In this document: piece by piece, positions 56,865 to 64,000 of the stretch | Layout of the letters: every line of letters starts with the position of its first letter | How positions within the stretch are numbered: the first letter of the stretch is position 1 | Assembly: GCA_964013405.1 (NCBI GenBank) | Contig: CAXGWI010000005.1 | Coordinates: forward strand, 3,411-67,410 | DNA: 64,000 nucleotides | Direction: 5' to 3' | DNA from: an uncultured Myxococcales bacterium | Lineage (GTDB): Bacteria > Myxococcota > UBA4151 | Position numbers and translations under genes: made by a program | The notes under the pieces: model-generated | Told to the model about the DNA's origin: nothing | Seen by the model: the letters and a program-made list of their open reading frames with translations, nothing else | Databases searched by the model: none

Positions 56865-59258
56865 CTAGACCAGATTCTGCGTTGTTTGGGTTAACACTTT
56901 GAGTTTCGGTTCCAGCTGGGCGTAGACTTGATGGATCTGGTGGATTTCCCCGTGCACATCGACTCGGCCCGCTCTCCCCGCTTGCTCAAGGAGTTTCGCA
57001 AGTTCCGAGAATCGAAGGGCGCCGACCTGGGCAGAAGAGCTCTTGAGGCGGTGGGCCAGGCCCCAGAGTTGCTCTGCGTCTTCTTCTGAAACCGCTTCGT
57101 CAAGTTCCGCAAGGAGACCTGGTGTTTGGGCCAGATAGGTTTCGATGAGGGTGGAGAAGACATGGCCTAGCGTGTCCCGTTGGTAAGCCAGTTGCTCCTC
57201 GTCGAGCTCACTTTCCAGCGCATTTGGAACGGCCGGTGAGCTGGGATCTCCAAGGGGCGCTTTGCCGGTGATCCCTTGGATGATTTGGTGCAGGTCAGCT
57301 TGTCTCACAGGCTTGGCGAGGTAGTCATCCATTCCGGCTGCGAGGCAGTCGGACTTTGTGCCGGGCATGACGTTGGCCGTCAGGGCAATGATTGGGCAGG
57401 CGCCCCGCCCGCTGTCCCGTTCCCATTGGCGAATCTCTTCGGTGGCGTGGAGGCCGTCCAAGATGGGCATATGGAGATCCATCAGGACGAGGTCGTAGGT
57501 TTCCGACTTCAGCGCGCGGACCGCTTGTTCCCCGTCGGAAAGAACGCTGCAACGCTCGCCAAGGTTCTCGATCATGGCTTGGACGACCACCTGATTGACC
57601 GGGTCGTCTTCGACCACAAGAACATGGATGCCCAACGGTGCAGAGTCAGCCTCGGGAGGGACCGTTTGCGACGTCGGTGGTGAGCTTTCGAGATCGCTGA
57701 CTTGAAAGGGAAGTTCGACCCAGAAGAGCGAGCCCCTCGTCTCTGGGCTGTCCAGGCCGATCGTACCGCCCATGAGTTCACAGATCTCCTTCGAGATCGC
57801 AAGGCCCAGCCCTGTGCCGCCGAAGGCTCGAGTGTTGGAGTCGTCGACCTGGGAAAATCGCTCGAAGAGATGATGAGCCCTTTCCGGCCCAATGCCGATG
57901 CCTGTGTCCTCCACTTCAAAGCGAATCGTCCGTGTGGCTCCGGAGCGTTCATGGGCTTGGCAGCGTAGGACGATTCGGCCCGCTTCCGTAAACTTGATGG
58001 CATTGCCCAGGAGATTGACGAGAATCTGACGAACCCGGTCGGCGTCGGCCCGTAGCCAGGTGGCCCCCCTGAGATTTGAGTCCAATGAGAACTCGAGCCC
58101 TTTGCTGCGGGCCGTATGTCCATAGAGGTCCATGAGATCGCTGAGGAGTTCGCTGAGATCGAAACGTTCTTGCCGCAGGCGAACCGCGCCCGCTTCCACC
58201 TGACTGATGTCGAGAACATCGTCCACCAGACGCAGGAGTCGCTCGCCAGAGCGGCTGAGGAGTTGAAGGTGCTCCATCTGGCTTGGCAACAGGTGATGAT
58301 TGCCGATCAACTCAGCGAGGCCAAGAATACCATTGAGAGGTGTCCTAAACTCATGGCTCATGTTGGCCAAGAATTGACTCTTGGCTCGATTCGCCGCCTG
58401 GGCCTCTGTCATCGACTTCGCCAGTTGTTGTTCGATGAGCTTTTGCTCGGTGACGTTGCTGATCACGATCAAGATTTTATCGTCGAAGGGGATGCCGTCC
58501 ACTTGGATGATCAACTTGAGGGAGCCCGAGCCAACCTGCTCCACCTCCAACTCGTGGCGAGAGAAGGCTTCACGCCGGCGGATCTTCTCCTGGAGGGTGG
58601 TCGGGAGGGAGAGGCGCTCAAGAATCTCACTCACCGGGCGCCCCCGCTCCGTCTCGAACAGCCCCTCGAACATGCGACGGAAGCCATCATTGACGAGGAC
58701 GATCCGATCCGCTTGGACCACGACGAGTCCTTGGGGAACCGCACTGAGGATGCGTTGGTTCAAAGCCTCCGAGTCGGCGAGCTCATCGGAGGTCGCAGAC
58801 AGGTTGGCTTCGAGGGCTCGTTGCTTTTGCCGCTCCTGGTCAATGGCCCGGAAGTAGCCTTTGAGTTTGTTGATGAGTTGGCGCTCGTCCACCGGCTTGA
58901 AGAGGTAATCGACCGCACCGAGACCGAAACCTTCCGCCACATCTTCTTCTCGCTTTGCTGCGGCGGTGAGAAAGATGATCGGTACATTGGCGTCTCGTTT
59001 GCGCTGTTTGATCATGTTGGCGGTTTCAAAGCCGTCTAGGCCCGGCATTTGAACATCGAGAATGATCACATCGACCGGCCGCTCGAGTAGGACAGCGAGG
59101 CCGGCCATGCCACTGGAGGCCTGAACGACTTCGACGCCGAGGTGCTCATCAAGCAAGGCTTCCAGGGTGAACAGGTTGTTCGGGTTATCGTCGACAATCA
59201 ATACCGAGAATTGGGTCATATCGAGTTCGGTCAACGGGATCTCCTCTGTACAAACCAA
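56865..59258 (-). CDS. Hybrid histidine kinase with phosphorelay architecture (REC-PAS-HisKA-HATPase-REC-HPt)
   Basis: N-terminal REC VLIVDDNPNN...IILDVQMPGLDGFE. H-box LANMSHEFRTPLNGILG. Second REC HVLVVEDDPVNQVV...LVLMDLHMPILDG. The C-terminal HPt-like segment LWGLAHRLKSSSAQVGA carries the conserved His. Confidence 0.85.
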   Translation of the reverse strand: MVCTEEIPLTELDMTQFSVLIVDDNPNNLFTLEALLDEHLGVEVVQASSGMAGLAVLLERPVDVIILDVQMPGLDGFETANMIKQRKRDANVPIIFLTAAAKREEDVAEGFGLGAVDYLFKPVDERQLINKLKGYFRAIDQERQKQRALEANLSATSDELADSEALNQRILSAVPQGLVVVQADRIVLVNDGFRRMFEGLFETERGRPVSEILERLSLPTTLQEKIRRREAFSRHELEVEQVGSGSLKLIIQVDGIPFDDKILIVISNVTEQKLIEQQLAKSMTEAQAANRAKSQFLANMSHEFRTPLNGILGLAELIGNHHLLPSQMEHLQLLSRSGERLLRLVDDVLDISQVEAGAVRLRQERFDLSELLSDLMDLYGHTARSKGLEFSLDSNLRGATWLRADADRVRQILVNLLGNAIKFTEAGRIVLRCQAHERSGATRTIRFEVEDTGIGIGPERAHHLFERFSQVDDSNTRAFGGTGLGLAISKEICELMGGTIGLDSPETRGSLFWVELPFQVSDLESSPPTSQTVPPEADSAPLGIHVLVVEDDPVNQVVVQAMIENLGERCSVLSDGEQAVRALKSETYDLVLMDLHMPILDGLHATEEIRQWERDSGRGACPIIALTANVMPGTKSDCLAAGMDDYLAKPVRQADLHQIIQGITGKAPLGDPSSPAVPNALESELDEEQLAYQRDTLGHVFSTLIETYLAQTPGLLAELDEAVSEEDAEQLWGLAHRLKSSSAQVGALRFSELAKLLEQAGRAGRVDVHGEIHQIHQVYAQLEPKLKVLTQTTQNLV

Positions 59259-59292
59259 CGGTCTAGAGCGGGGCCCTTCACCGGCATCGAGA

Positions 59293-60609
59293 TCATTTCA
59301 GCCACCAACCCAGTGTGACAAGGCCCGCAAGCCCGAGAAGGCCGATGAGACTCCGCAGCGTCGCCGTCTGCCGCTGCGCTCGGTCCACGGCCTGTTGATA
59401 GGGGATATTGGAGAAGCTCACCATGCCATAGAGGGGGTGAAAGCCTGGCAGGATACGTTCCAGGGCCTGCTCGATCTTCTTTTGCATCAGGAACAGGGGC
59501 GAGGCCACTGCCGCCCGCATTTCGTGGTAGTGGTCGAGGGCGAGCTGCCGGATGGCAAAGCCATGGGGACAGCGCTCGGCACTGAAACGACTCAAGGCCT
59601 CAGCTTGGGGATGTTGGGTCAACAAATCGTCCAGGAGGTTGGCGCTCTCAAAGGCTGCGTTCATGCCTTGGCCATAAAAAGGCACCACTGCGTGGGCCGC
59701 ATCGCCGATGAGAACCACCCGTTCACCATAGTGGTAAGGGCTGCATTTGATCGTGGCGAGACCGCTATGGGGGTTGCTGAAAAAGTCGTCGATCAGCGTT
59801 GGCATGAGGGGGACGGCATCGGCGAACTGCTCATCGAAAAATCGCTGCACATCAGCGGGCTCTTTGAGCCGCTCGAAACACCAGTCGGTCTCGGACTTGA
59901 ACGGTAAAAACAGGGTCACAGTGAAGCTCTTGTCCAGATTGGGCAGGGCGATGAGCATGTAGTCTTGGCGGGGCCAGATGTGGAGCCCTTTGGGGTCGAT
60001 GGCGAAGTTGCCATCCGCGGCCGGCGGGATGGACAGTTCCACGTAACCTGAGTCGATCCACGTTTGGTCGTAGTTCAATTGACTCTGTTTCATCACCTGG
60101 TCGCGAACCGCAGAAAAGGCGCCATCGGCGCCAATCACCAAACTGGAATCATGGCTCTTCCGGTCACCAGAAGGGTCTTGAAAGGTCACCCTTCCCGTCT
60201 CTGCTTCGAGGGCAACGCAGGCTTGATCGAAGTGAAATGGAACGCCCGCAGCCTCCGCTTCGTTCATGAGGAGTGCGTTGAGATCTCGACGGCTAACGCT
60301 GCGTATCGCTTGGTGCGCTTGACCGTAGGCTTGGAAGTTGAGCGCGCCCCCACGGTCATGGAGAATTCGGCCGGGCATCGGCAGGCTTTGCTCCAAGACG
60401 GTCTCTTGCAGACCCACTTTCTCAAGAGCCGTCAGCCCGCGGGTTGAAATAGCCAGATTGATGGATCGTCCGGCTGGAATATCCACTCGCCGTAGATCCG
60501 GGCGCCGCTCCCAAACCTCGACCCGCTGGCCTCGACGGGCCAAGTAGAGGGCCATTAATGATCCGGCCAGGCCGGCACCGACGATGTGAACGGGCGGCGA
60601 GGGGGTCAC
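59293..60609 (-). CDS. kmo: Kynurenine 3-monooxygenase (FAD-dependent, C-terminal membrane helix)
   Basis: IVGAGLAGSLMALYLARRG. GADGAFSAVR. HIWPRQDYMLIALPNLDKSFTVTLFLPF is nearly identical to eukaryotic KMO. The GTG start 60609 overlaps the kynU stop (GTGA). The track ORF begins 12 codons earlier. Confidence 0.88.
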   Translation of the reverse strand: MTPSPPVHIVGAGLAGSLMALYLARRGQRVEVWERRPDLRRVDIPAGRSINLAISTRGLTALEKVGLQETVLEQSLPMPGRILHDRGGALNFQAYGQAHQAIRSVSRRDLNALLMNEAEAAGVPFHFDQACVALEAETGRVTFQDPSGDRKSHDSSLVIGADGAFSAVRDQVMKQSQLNYDQTWIDSGYVELSIPPAADGNFAIDPKGLHIWPRQDYMLIALPNLDKSFTVTLFLPFKSETDWCFERLKEPADVQRFFDEQFADAVPLMPTLIDDFFSNPHSGLATIKCSPYHYGERVVLIGDAAHAVVPFYGQGMNAAFESANLLDDLLTQHPQAEALSRFSAERCPHGFAIRQLALDHYHEMRAAVASPLFLMQKKIEQALERILPGFHPLYGMVSFSNIPYQQAVDRAQRQTATLRSLIGLLGLAGLVTLGWWLK

Positions 60610-61847
60610 GAGAGCCGTTCCCGGAGAATCTCGGCCACTCGCCACAACTCATGATAGCGGTTGTAGAGGGGAGCAGGAGCCATTCGGATCACGTCGGGAT
60701 GGCGGAAATCACAGTAGACGCCAGCCCCTGCGAGGGCCTGATGGAGGCCTGGTCCGTCGCCGTGGATGCGTAGGCTGATCTGCGATCCTCGCCGATGGGC
60801 TTCTGTTGGGCTGATGATCTCCACTCGGCCGGTTGGTAATCGGTCCAGTTGGGAAAGAAAGAAGTCGGTCAGCGAGAGGCTCTTTTGTCGTAGCGCATCC
60901 ATCCCCGCTTCGTCGTGGATGGCCAAGGCTGCTCGGTGGCAGGCCATGCTCATGACGGGGGCGTTTGAAAGCTGCCATGCGCCGGCACCGGCCTGGGCCT
61001 CGAAGGCGCCCATTTTAAAGCGCGTCTCCGGATGGGTGCCCCACCAACCGTGAAAGCGGGGAAGGTCGGCATTTTTGTGGCGGTCGTGGACGAAAAGACC
61101 GGCCACACCGCCCGGACCCGAGTTGAGGTATTTGTAGGAGCACCAGGCGGCGAAATCCACGCCCCAGTCGTGGAGTTGCAAGGGCACGTTGCCGGCCGCA
61201 TGGGCGAGGTCAAAGCCAACCATTGCGCCGGCTTTGTGGGCTGCTTTCGCAATCCGGGCCATGTCGAAGAGTTGGCCGGTGTAATAATGGACGCCACCGA
61301 TCATGACCAAGGCCACCCGGTGGCCATTGGTTTCTAGGTAGGCTTCGATCTCCGCCTCATCGACGAGGTCGCTCTCACCGCCCAAGCTAACGATGGCGTC
61401 GTCGGGGCCAAAGCCATGGAAGCGGGCCTGGCTATCGACAGCGTAGCGATCGGAAGGAAAGGCGCCAGCTTCGGTGAGAATCTGGAACCGTTCGGCCGTC
61501 GGGCGGTAAAACGAGACCATGGCCAAATGCAGGTTATTGGTCAGCGAGCCCATCGAGACCACTTCGTGGGGCTTGGCGCCAACGAGTCGCCCAAGGGGCT
61601 CGCAGAGATCTTCGTGATAACTGTACCAGGGGTACTTGGCCTCAAAGTGCCCCTCCACCGCGAGGCGGGCCCAATCGTCGAGCTCCTGTTCGAGGGCAGC
61701 TCGGGTGGTTCGGGGCTGAAGACCCAAGGAGTTACCGCAGAGGTAAATGGCTTCCTCGCCGGTTTTGGTCCGGGGCAAAAGGAAGCGACTCCGGAAAGAG
61801 GCGAGGGGGTCGAGACGGTCTAAGTCCAGCGCTTGAGATTCGCTCAT
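60606..61847 (-). CDS. kynU: Kynureninase (PLP-dependent)
   Basis: YLCGNSLGLQP. FAAWCSYKYLNSGPGGVAGLFVH carries the Lys-PLP site. 413 aa. Confidence 0.88.
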   Translation of the reverse strand: MSESQALDLDRLDPLASFRSRFLLPRTKTGEEAIYLCGNSLGLQPRTTRAALEQELDDWARLAVEGHFEAKYPWYSYHEDLCEPLGRLVGAKPHEVVSMGSLTNNLHLAMVSFYRPTAERFQILTEAGAFPSDRYAVDSQARFHGFGPDDAIVSLGGESDLVDEAEIEAYLETNGHRVALVMIGGVHYYTGQLFDMARIAKAAHKAGAMVGFDLAHAAGNVPLQLHDWGVDFAAWCSYKYLNSGPGGVAGLFVHDRHKNADLPRFHGWWGTHPETRFKMGAFEAQAGAGAWQLSNAPVMSMACHRAALAIHDEAGMDALRQKSLSLTDFFLSQLDRLPTGRVEIISPTEAHRRGSQISLRIHGDGPGLHQALAGAGVYCDFRHPDVIRMAPAPLYNRYHELWRVAEILRERLS

Positions 61848-62656
61848 CGCTCAAGCTCCAAAGAAAAGAGAAGGGGCCTGGAAGGGGCGGCGTCACAAAG
61901 CATTCGAGGCACCTGAAGGTCCAGCAGATAAAGCCCATCGGGAATCCCCTGAGGAACGAGGGCTAATTCGGTGAGCGTGCGTTGATGGGCTGCCGCTCGC
62001 CCCCCCTTGGGAAGTTGCCAGAAAATACGGTGGTTCGGCAGGGTGCCACCATCCTCATGGCGATCGAGGCTGGGCAGATCGAGCACCAAGTGATCGACGC
62101 CCCGGGCAACGATCAATTCAATGGCCTCGTGGCTCAGGTAGGGGGCCGGTTGTTGGCCATAGTCTCGGCGGGCTTTACCCTTGTCGGGCAGTGTCCGTAT
62201 CACCAGGCTTTGTACCCCTGGGAGCGTGGGCCAGTTGGCCTGGAGCGCCGCTGCGCTGACGATCCAGTCCTCGGCGGCTTCAAAACCGTTGTATGACTCG
62301 TTCCCATCGCTAAACAATTCGGTCTGCACTGACACCAATTGGCAAACGAGCAGTTGGTTCGGCGCTGCTTCGGCAATCGTCGCCTCGTTGCGGTCGAGAT
62401 GGGCGGCGCTCTCGGTGTGGGTCATCGATCCGTGGGGGGTGAGTTCCAGGGTGCTGCAGTTGCAACTCCCTCCCCGGGCCGTATCACCGACGAAGCCGCC
62501 GCCCTCCACGGCTGTGAGACGGGGTTGGGGGAGGTCGTAGAAGCTGGGGTTGCGCCCGTTGAAGTCCACGGGCAGCGCCAGATCGATACCGGCCGCCAAG
62601 TCGGCTCGATAGGTCGAGCCCTCCAGTGTGACTCGAGCTTCGATCAACTGCGGCAC
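61844..62656 (-). CDS. kynB: Cyclase-family protein, putative kynurenine formamidase (arylformamidase)
   Basis: TPHGSMTHTESAAHLD resembles the HxGTHxDxPxH cyclase/KynB motif. The operon context supports the call. Confidence 0.6.
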   Translation of the reverse strand: MPQLIEARVTLEGSTYRADLAAGIDLALPVDFNGRNPSFYDLPQPRLTAVEGGGFVGDTARGGSCNCSTLELTPHGSMTHTESAAHLDRNEATIAEAAPNQLLVCQLVSVQTELFSDGNESYNGFEAAEDWIVSAAALQANWPTLPGVQSLVIRTLPDKGKARRDYGQQPAPYLSHEAIELIVARGVDHLVLDLPSLDRHEDGGTLPNHRIFWQLPKGGRAAAHQRTLTELALVPQGIPDGLYLLDLQVPRMLCDAAPSRPLLFSLELER

Positions 62657-63702
62657 GACTCCTTGAGCCAGGCGCTATGGGCCCGACTTGCGTCCGTTTC
62701 GAAGGCTTCTCGTGCCAAGCCGAGAAACTCCAGTGCGGTCCCTGAGAGGAGGCGTTCTGCGGTATCGTAGTCTTTGATTGTGGTTTCGATGAGTTGTCCG
62801 GGGCTCAACTCCCCCAGTGGAAAGGGGTAATCCGTACCAAGGCCGATGCGCTGGGCACCAAAGGTGCTGAGCAGAAATTCGAGGGCCTTCGGGTGATGGA
62901 CCAGACTATCCAGATAGACTTTGTCCAGATAGGTGCTGGGTTTGTTTTGCGTTTGGGTTTGACACAGATCAGGCCGGACTTCGAAGCCATGGTCGATGCG
63001 CCCGATCGTCACGGGAAAGCTGCCACCGCCATGGGCGAAGCAAACCTTCAACTTGGGGTAGCGGTCGTAGACGCCGCCCATGATCATGGAGCACATTGCG
63101 AGGCTGGTCTCGGCGGGCATGCTCACCAGCCAGGGCAGCCAGTGGCGGGGCATTCGGTCTTTGCCCATCATGTCCCAGGGGTGCACGAAGACGCTGGCAT
63201 TCAGCGCTTCAGCGGCCGCCCAGAACTCGTCCAGCTCCGGCTCGTCCAGATTCCATTGATTGATATGGGTGCCGATCTCAACGCCCGCGAGCCCCAGATC
63301 CTTCATGCACCGTTCCAACTCCTTGATGGCCAGGTCTGGGGCCTGCATCGGCAGTGTGCCCAGGCCAACGAAGCGCTTGGGATGGTCCCGACAGATCCCG
63401 GCCAGGTGATCATTCAGGATCTGACTTAGATCATGGGTGTCCTCCGGTTCTGCCCAGTAGGAAAACATGACTGGGACTGTGGAGAGGACTTGAACATCCA
63501 CCCGATAATCATCGCATTCTTCCATGCGACGGCCAGGACTCCAGCAGTTGTGATCGATCTCGCGAAAGAATTGGTCGCCCATCATCATTCGAGCGCAGCA
63601 GGGCTTATGGTGATCCAAGCGAATGAAGCCAGCGTAGCCGTAGCGATCTTCAAGGTCAGGCCAGCGCTCGGGGAGAATGTGGGTATGGAGGTCGATCTTC
63701 AT
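62644..63702 (-). CDS. 2-amino-3-carboxymuconate-6-semialdehyde decarboxylase (ACMSD, amidohydrolase-2 family)
   Basis: From ATG 63702: MKIDLHTHILPERWPDLEDRYGYAGFIRLDHH...STVPVMFSYWAEPED...FVGLGTLPMQAP...LPWLVSMPAETSLAMCSMIMGGV...KVCFAHGGGSFP...LGTDYPFPLGE. This is near-collinear with human ACMSD. The track ORF carries a 91-codon N-terminal extension that is probably not translated. Confidence 0.9.
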   Translation of the reverse strand: MKIDLHTHILPERWPDLEDRYGYAGFIRLDHHKPCCARMMMGDQFFREIDHNCWSPGRRMEECDDYRVDVQVLSTVPVMFSYWAEPEDTHDLSQILNDHLAGICRDHPKRFVGLGTLPMQAPDLAIKELERCMKDLGLAGVEIGTHINQWNLDEPELDEFWAAAEALNASVFVHPWDMMGKDRMPRHWLPWLVSMPAETSLAMCSMIMGGVYDRYPKLKVCFAHGGGSFPVTIGRIDHGFEVRPDLCQTQTQNKPSTYLDKVYLDSLVHHPKALEFLLSTFGAQRIGLGTDYPFPLGELSPGQLIETTIKDYDTAERLLSGTALEFLGLAREAFETDASRAHSAWLKESCRS

Positions 63703-63706
63703 GGGC

Positions 63707-64000
63707 TCATCCGGGAACCTGAGCGACCGTCCCGCATTGGGAGCAGCGATGCTTTTCCGTGCTGGCGTAATAGTTTTGGATGGCAGGAAGGAGATCCGCT
63801 GCGATGTCTTGGAGGTGAAAGGCTTCGCGGTGGAGCTTCGTATTGCAGGCTTCGCAAAACCAGAGCAGTTGATCGATCTCGTTGTCCCGGCGCTGACGTT
63901 CAACCACCAAGCCAACGGTGTTGGCGGGCCGGCGAGGGCTGTGGGGGACTCCGGCTGGAAGGAGAAGGATTTCACCCTCTCGGATCGAGATGTCCCGGAA
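63707..64000 (-). CDS. 3-hydroxyanthranilate 3,4-dioxygenase (C-terminal part; the gene runs off the right edge)
   Basis: Translation of the minus strand from the window edge reads ...REGEILLLPAGVPHSPRRPANTVGLVVERQRRDNEIDQLLWFCEACNTKLHR...YYASTEKHRCSQCGT. The VPHSP(Q/R)R cupin motif and the C-terminal CxxC...CxxC rubredoxin-like site are typical of bacterial NbaC/HAAO. Confidence 0.85.
   Translation of the reverse strand, partial: FRDISIREGEILLLPAGVPHSPRRPANTVGLVVERQRRDNEIDQLLWFCEACNTKLHREAFHLQDIAADLLPAIQNYYASTEKHRCSQCGTVAQVPG

Noticed and set aside
63703-63975. 91-codon N-terminal extension of the ACMSD ORF
   Set aside because: Low-complexity Ser/Thr/Pro-rich and overlapping the HAAO gene. 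Eukaryotic and bacterial ACMSD start at MKIDxHxH, which here is ATG 63702.

Overview
The window is a high-GC (about 65-70%) bacterial chromosomal segment that almost certainly comes from a member of the Myxococcota. Two secreted metalloproteases end in MYXO-CTERM-type tails (GC...hydrophobic helix...RRRR). A TIGR02232-like 'CGDG...EECDDGN' cysteine-rich repeat protein is present. There are two sigma-54 enhancer-binding proteins, two hybrid histidine kinases and an Oar-like TonB-dependent receptor. Several enzymes look eukaryote-like: a type-2 IleS, and KMO, kynureninase, ACMSD and HAAO. I can support about 50 protein-coding genes, densely packed. Many stop/start overlaps are 4 nt (ATGA/GTGA), and several convergent gene ends overlap by 4 nt. 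I found no rRNA, tRNA, CRISPR array, transposase or integrase. The named content is as follows. ArgJ is present as a partial gene. A 3-gene operon encodes two matrixin-like Cys-rich MYXO-CTERM metzincins flanking a small secreted protein. A cluster holds a FAD oxidoreductase, a GT2 glycosyltransferase and an NtrC-like regulator. A stand-alone family-A DNA polymerase domain lacks both exonuclease domains and is followed by a rho-independent terminator. Next come a ClpC/ClpA-type AAA+ ATPase, a DUF2520-like Rossmann protein and an HExxH hypothetical protein coupled to an MFS transporter. These are followed by an Oar-like TonB-dependent receptor with a lipoprotein, and an O-methyltransferase. Three Cys-rich repeat lipoproteins are scattered through the window. 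Other genes encode a PAE/Notum-like esterase lipoprotein, type-2 IleS, an acyltransferase-3 plus a membrane protein, a GAF sigma-54 activator divergent from FabH, and a TM2 plus DUF2752 membrane-protein pair. The list continues with a pentaheme c-type cytochrome, acetoacetyl-CoA synthetase, an NAD-dependent epimerase with a GT4 glycosyltransferase, and a large alpha/beta-hydrolase lipoprotein. A small ORF is translationally coupled to a CobB-like sirtuin, and TrmH is coupled to an MBL-fold hydrolase. IlvE heads a run containing a GH31-like hydrolase and an MBOAT with an SGNH O-acetylation pair. Finally there is a long co-directional minus-strand array: 3-hydroxyanthranilate dioxygenase (partial), ACMSD, kynurenine formamidase, kynureninase, kynurenine 3-monooxygenase, two hybrid histidine kinases, and a Cys-rich-repeat/LamG lipoprotein. 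Because of the GC content the six-frame track contains many long antisense ORFs that I regard as spurious. All functional calls are from motif recognition by eye; no database search was possible.
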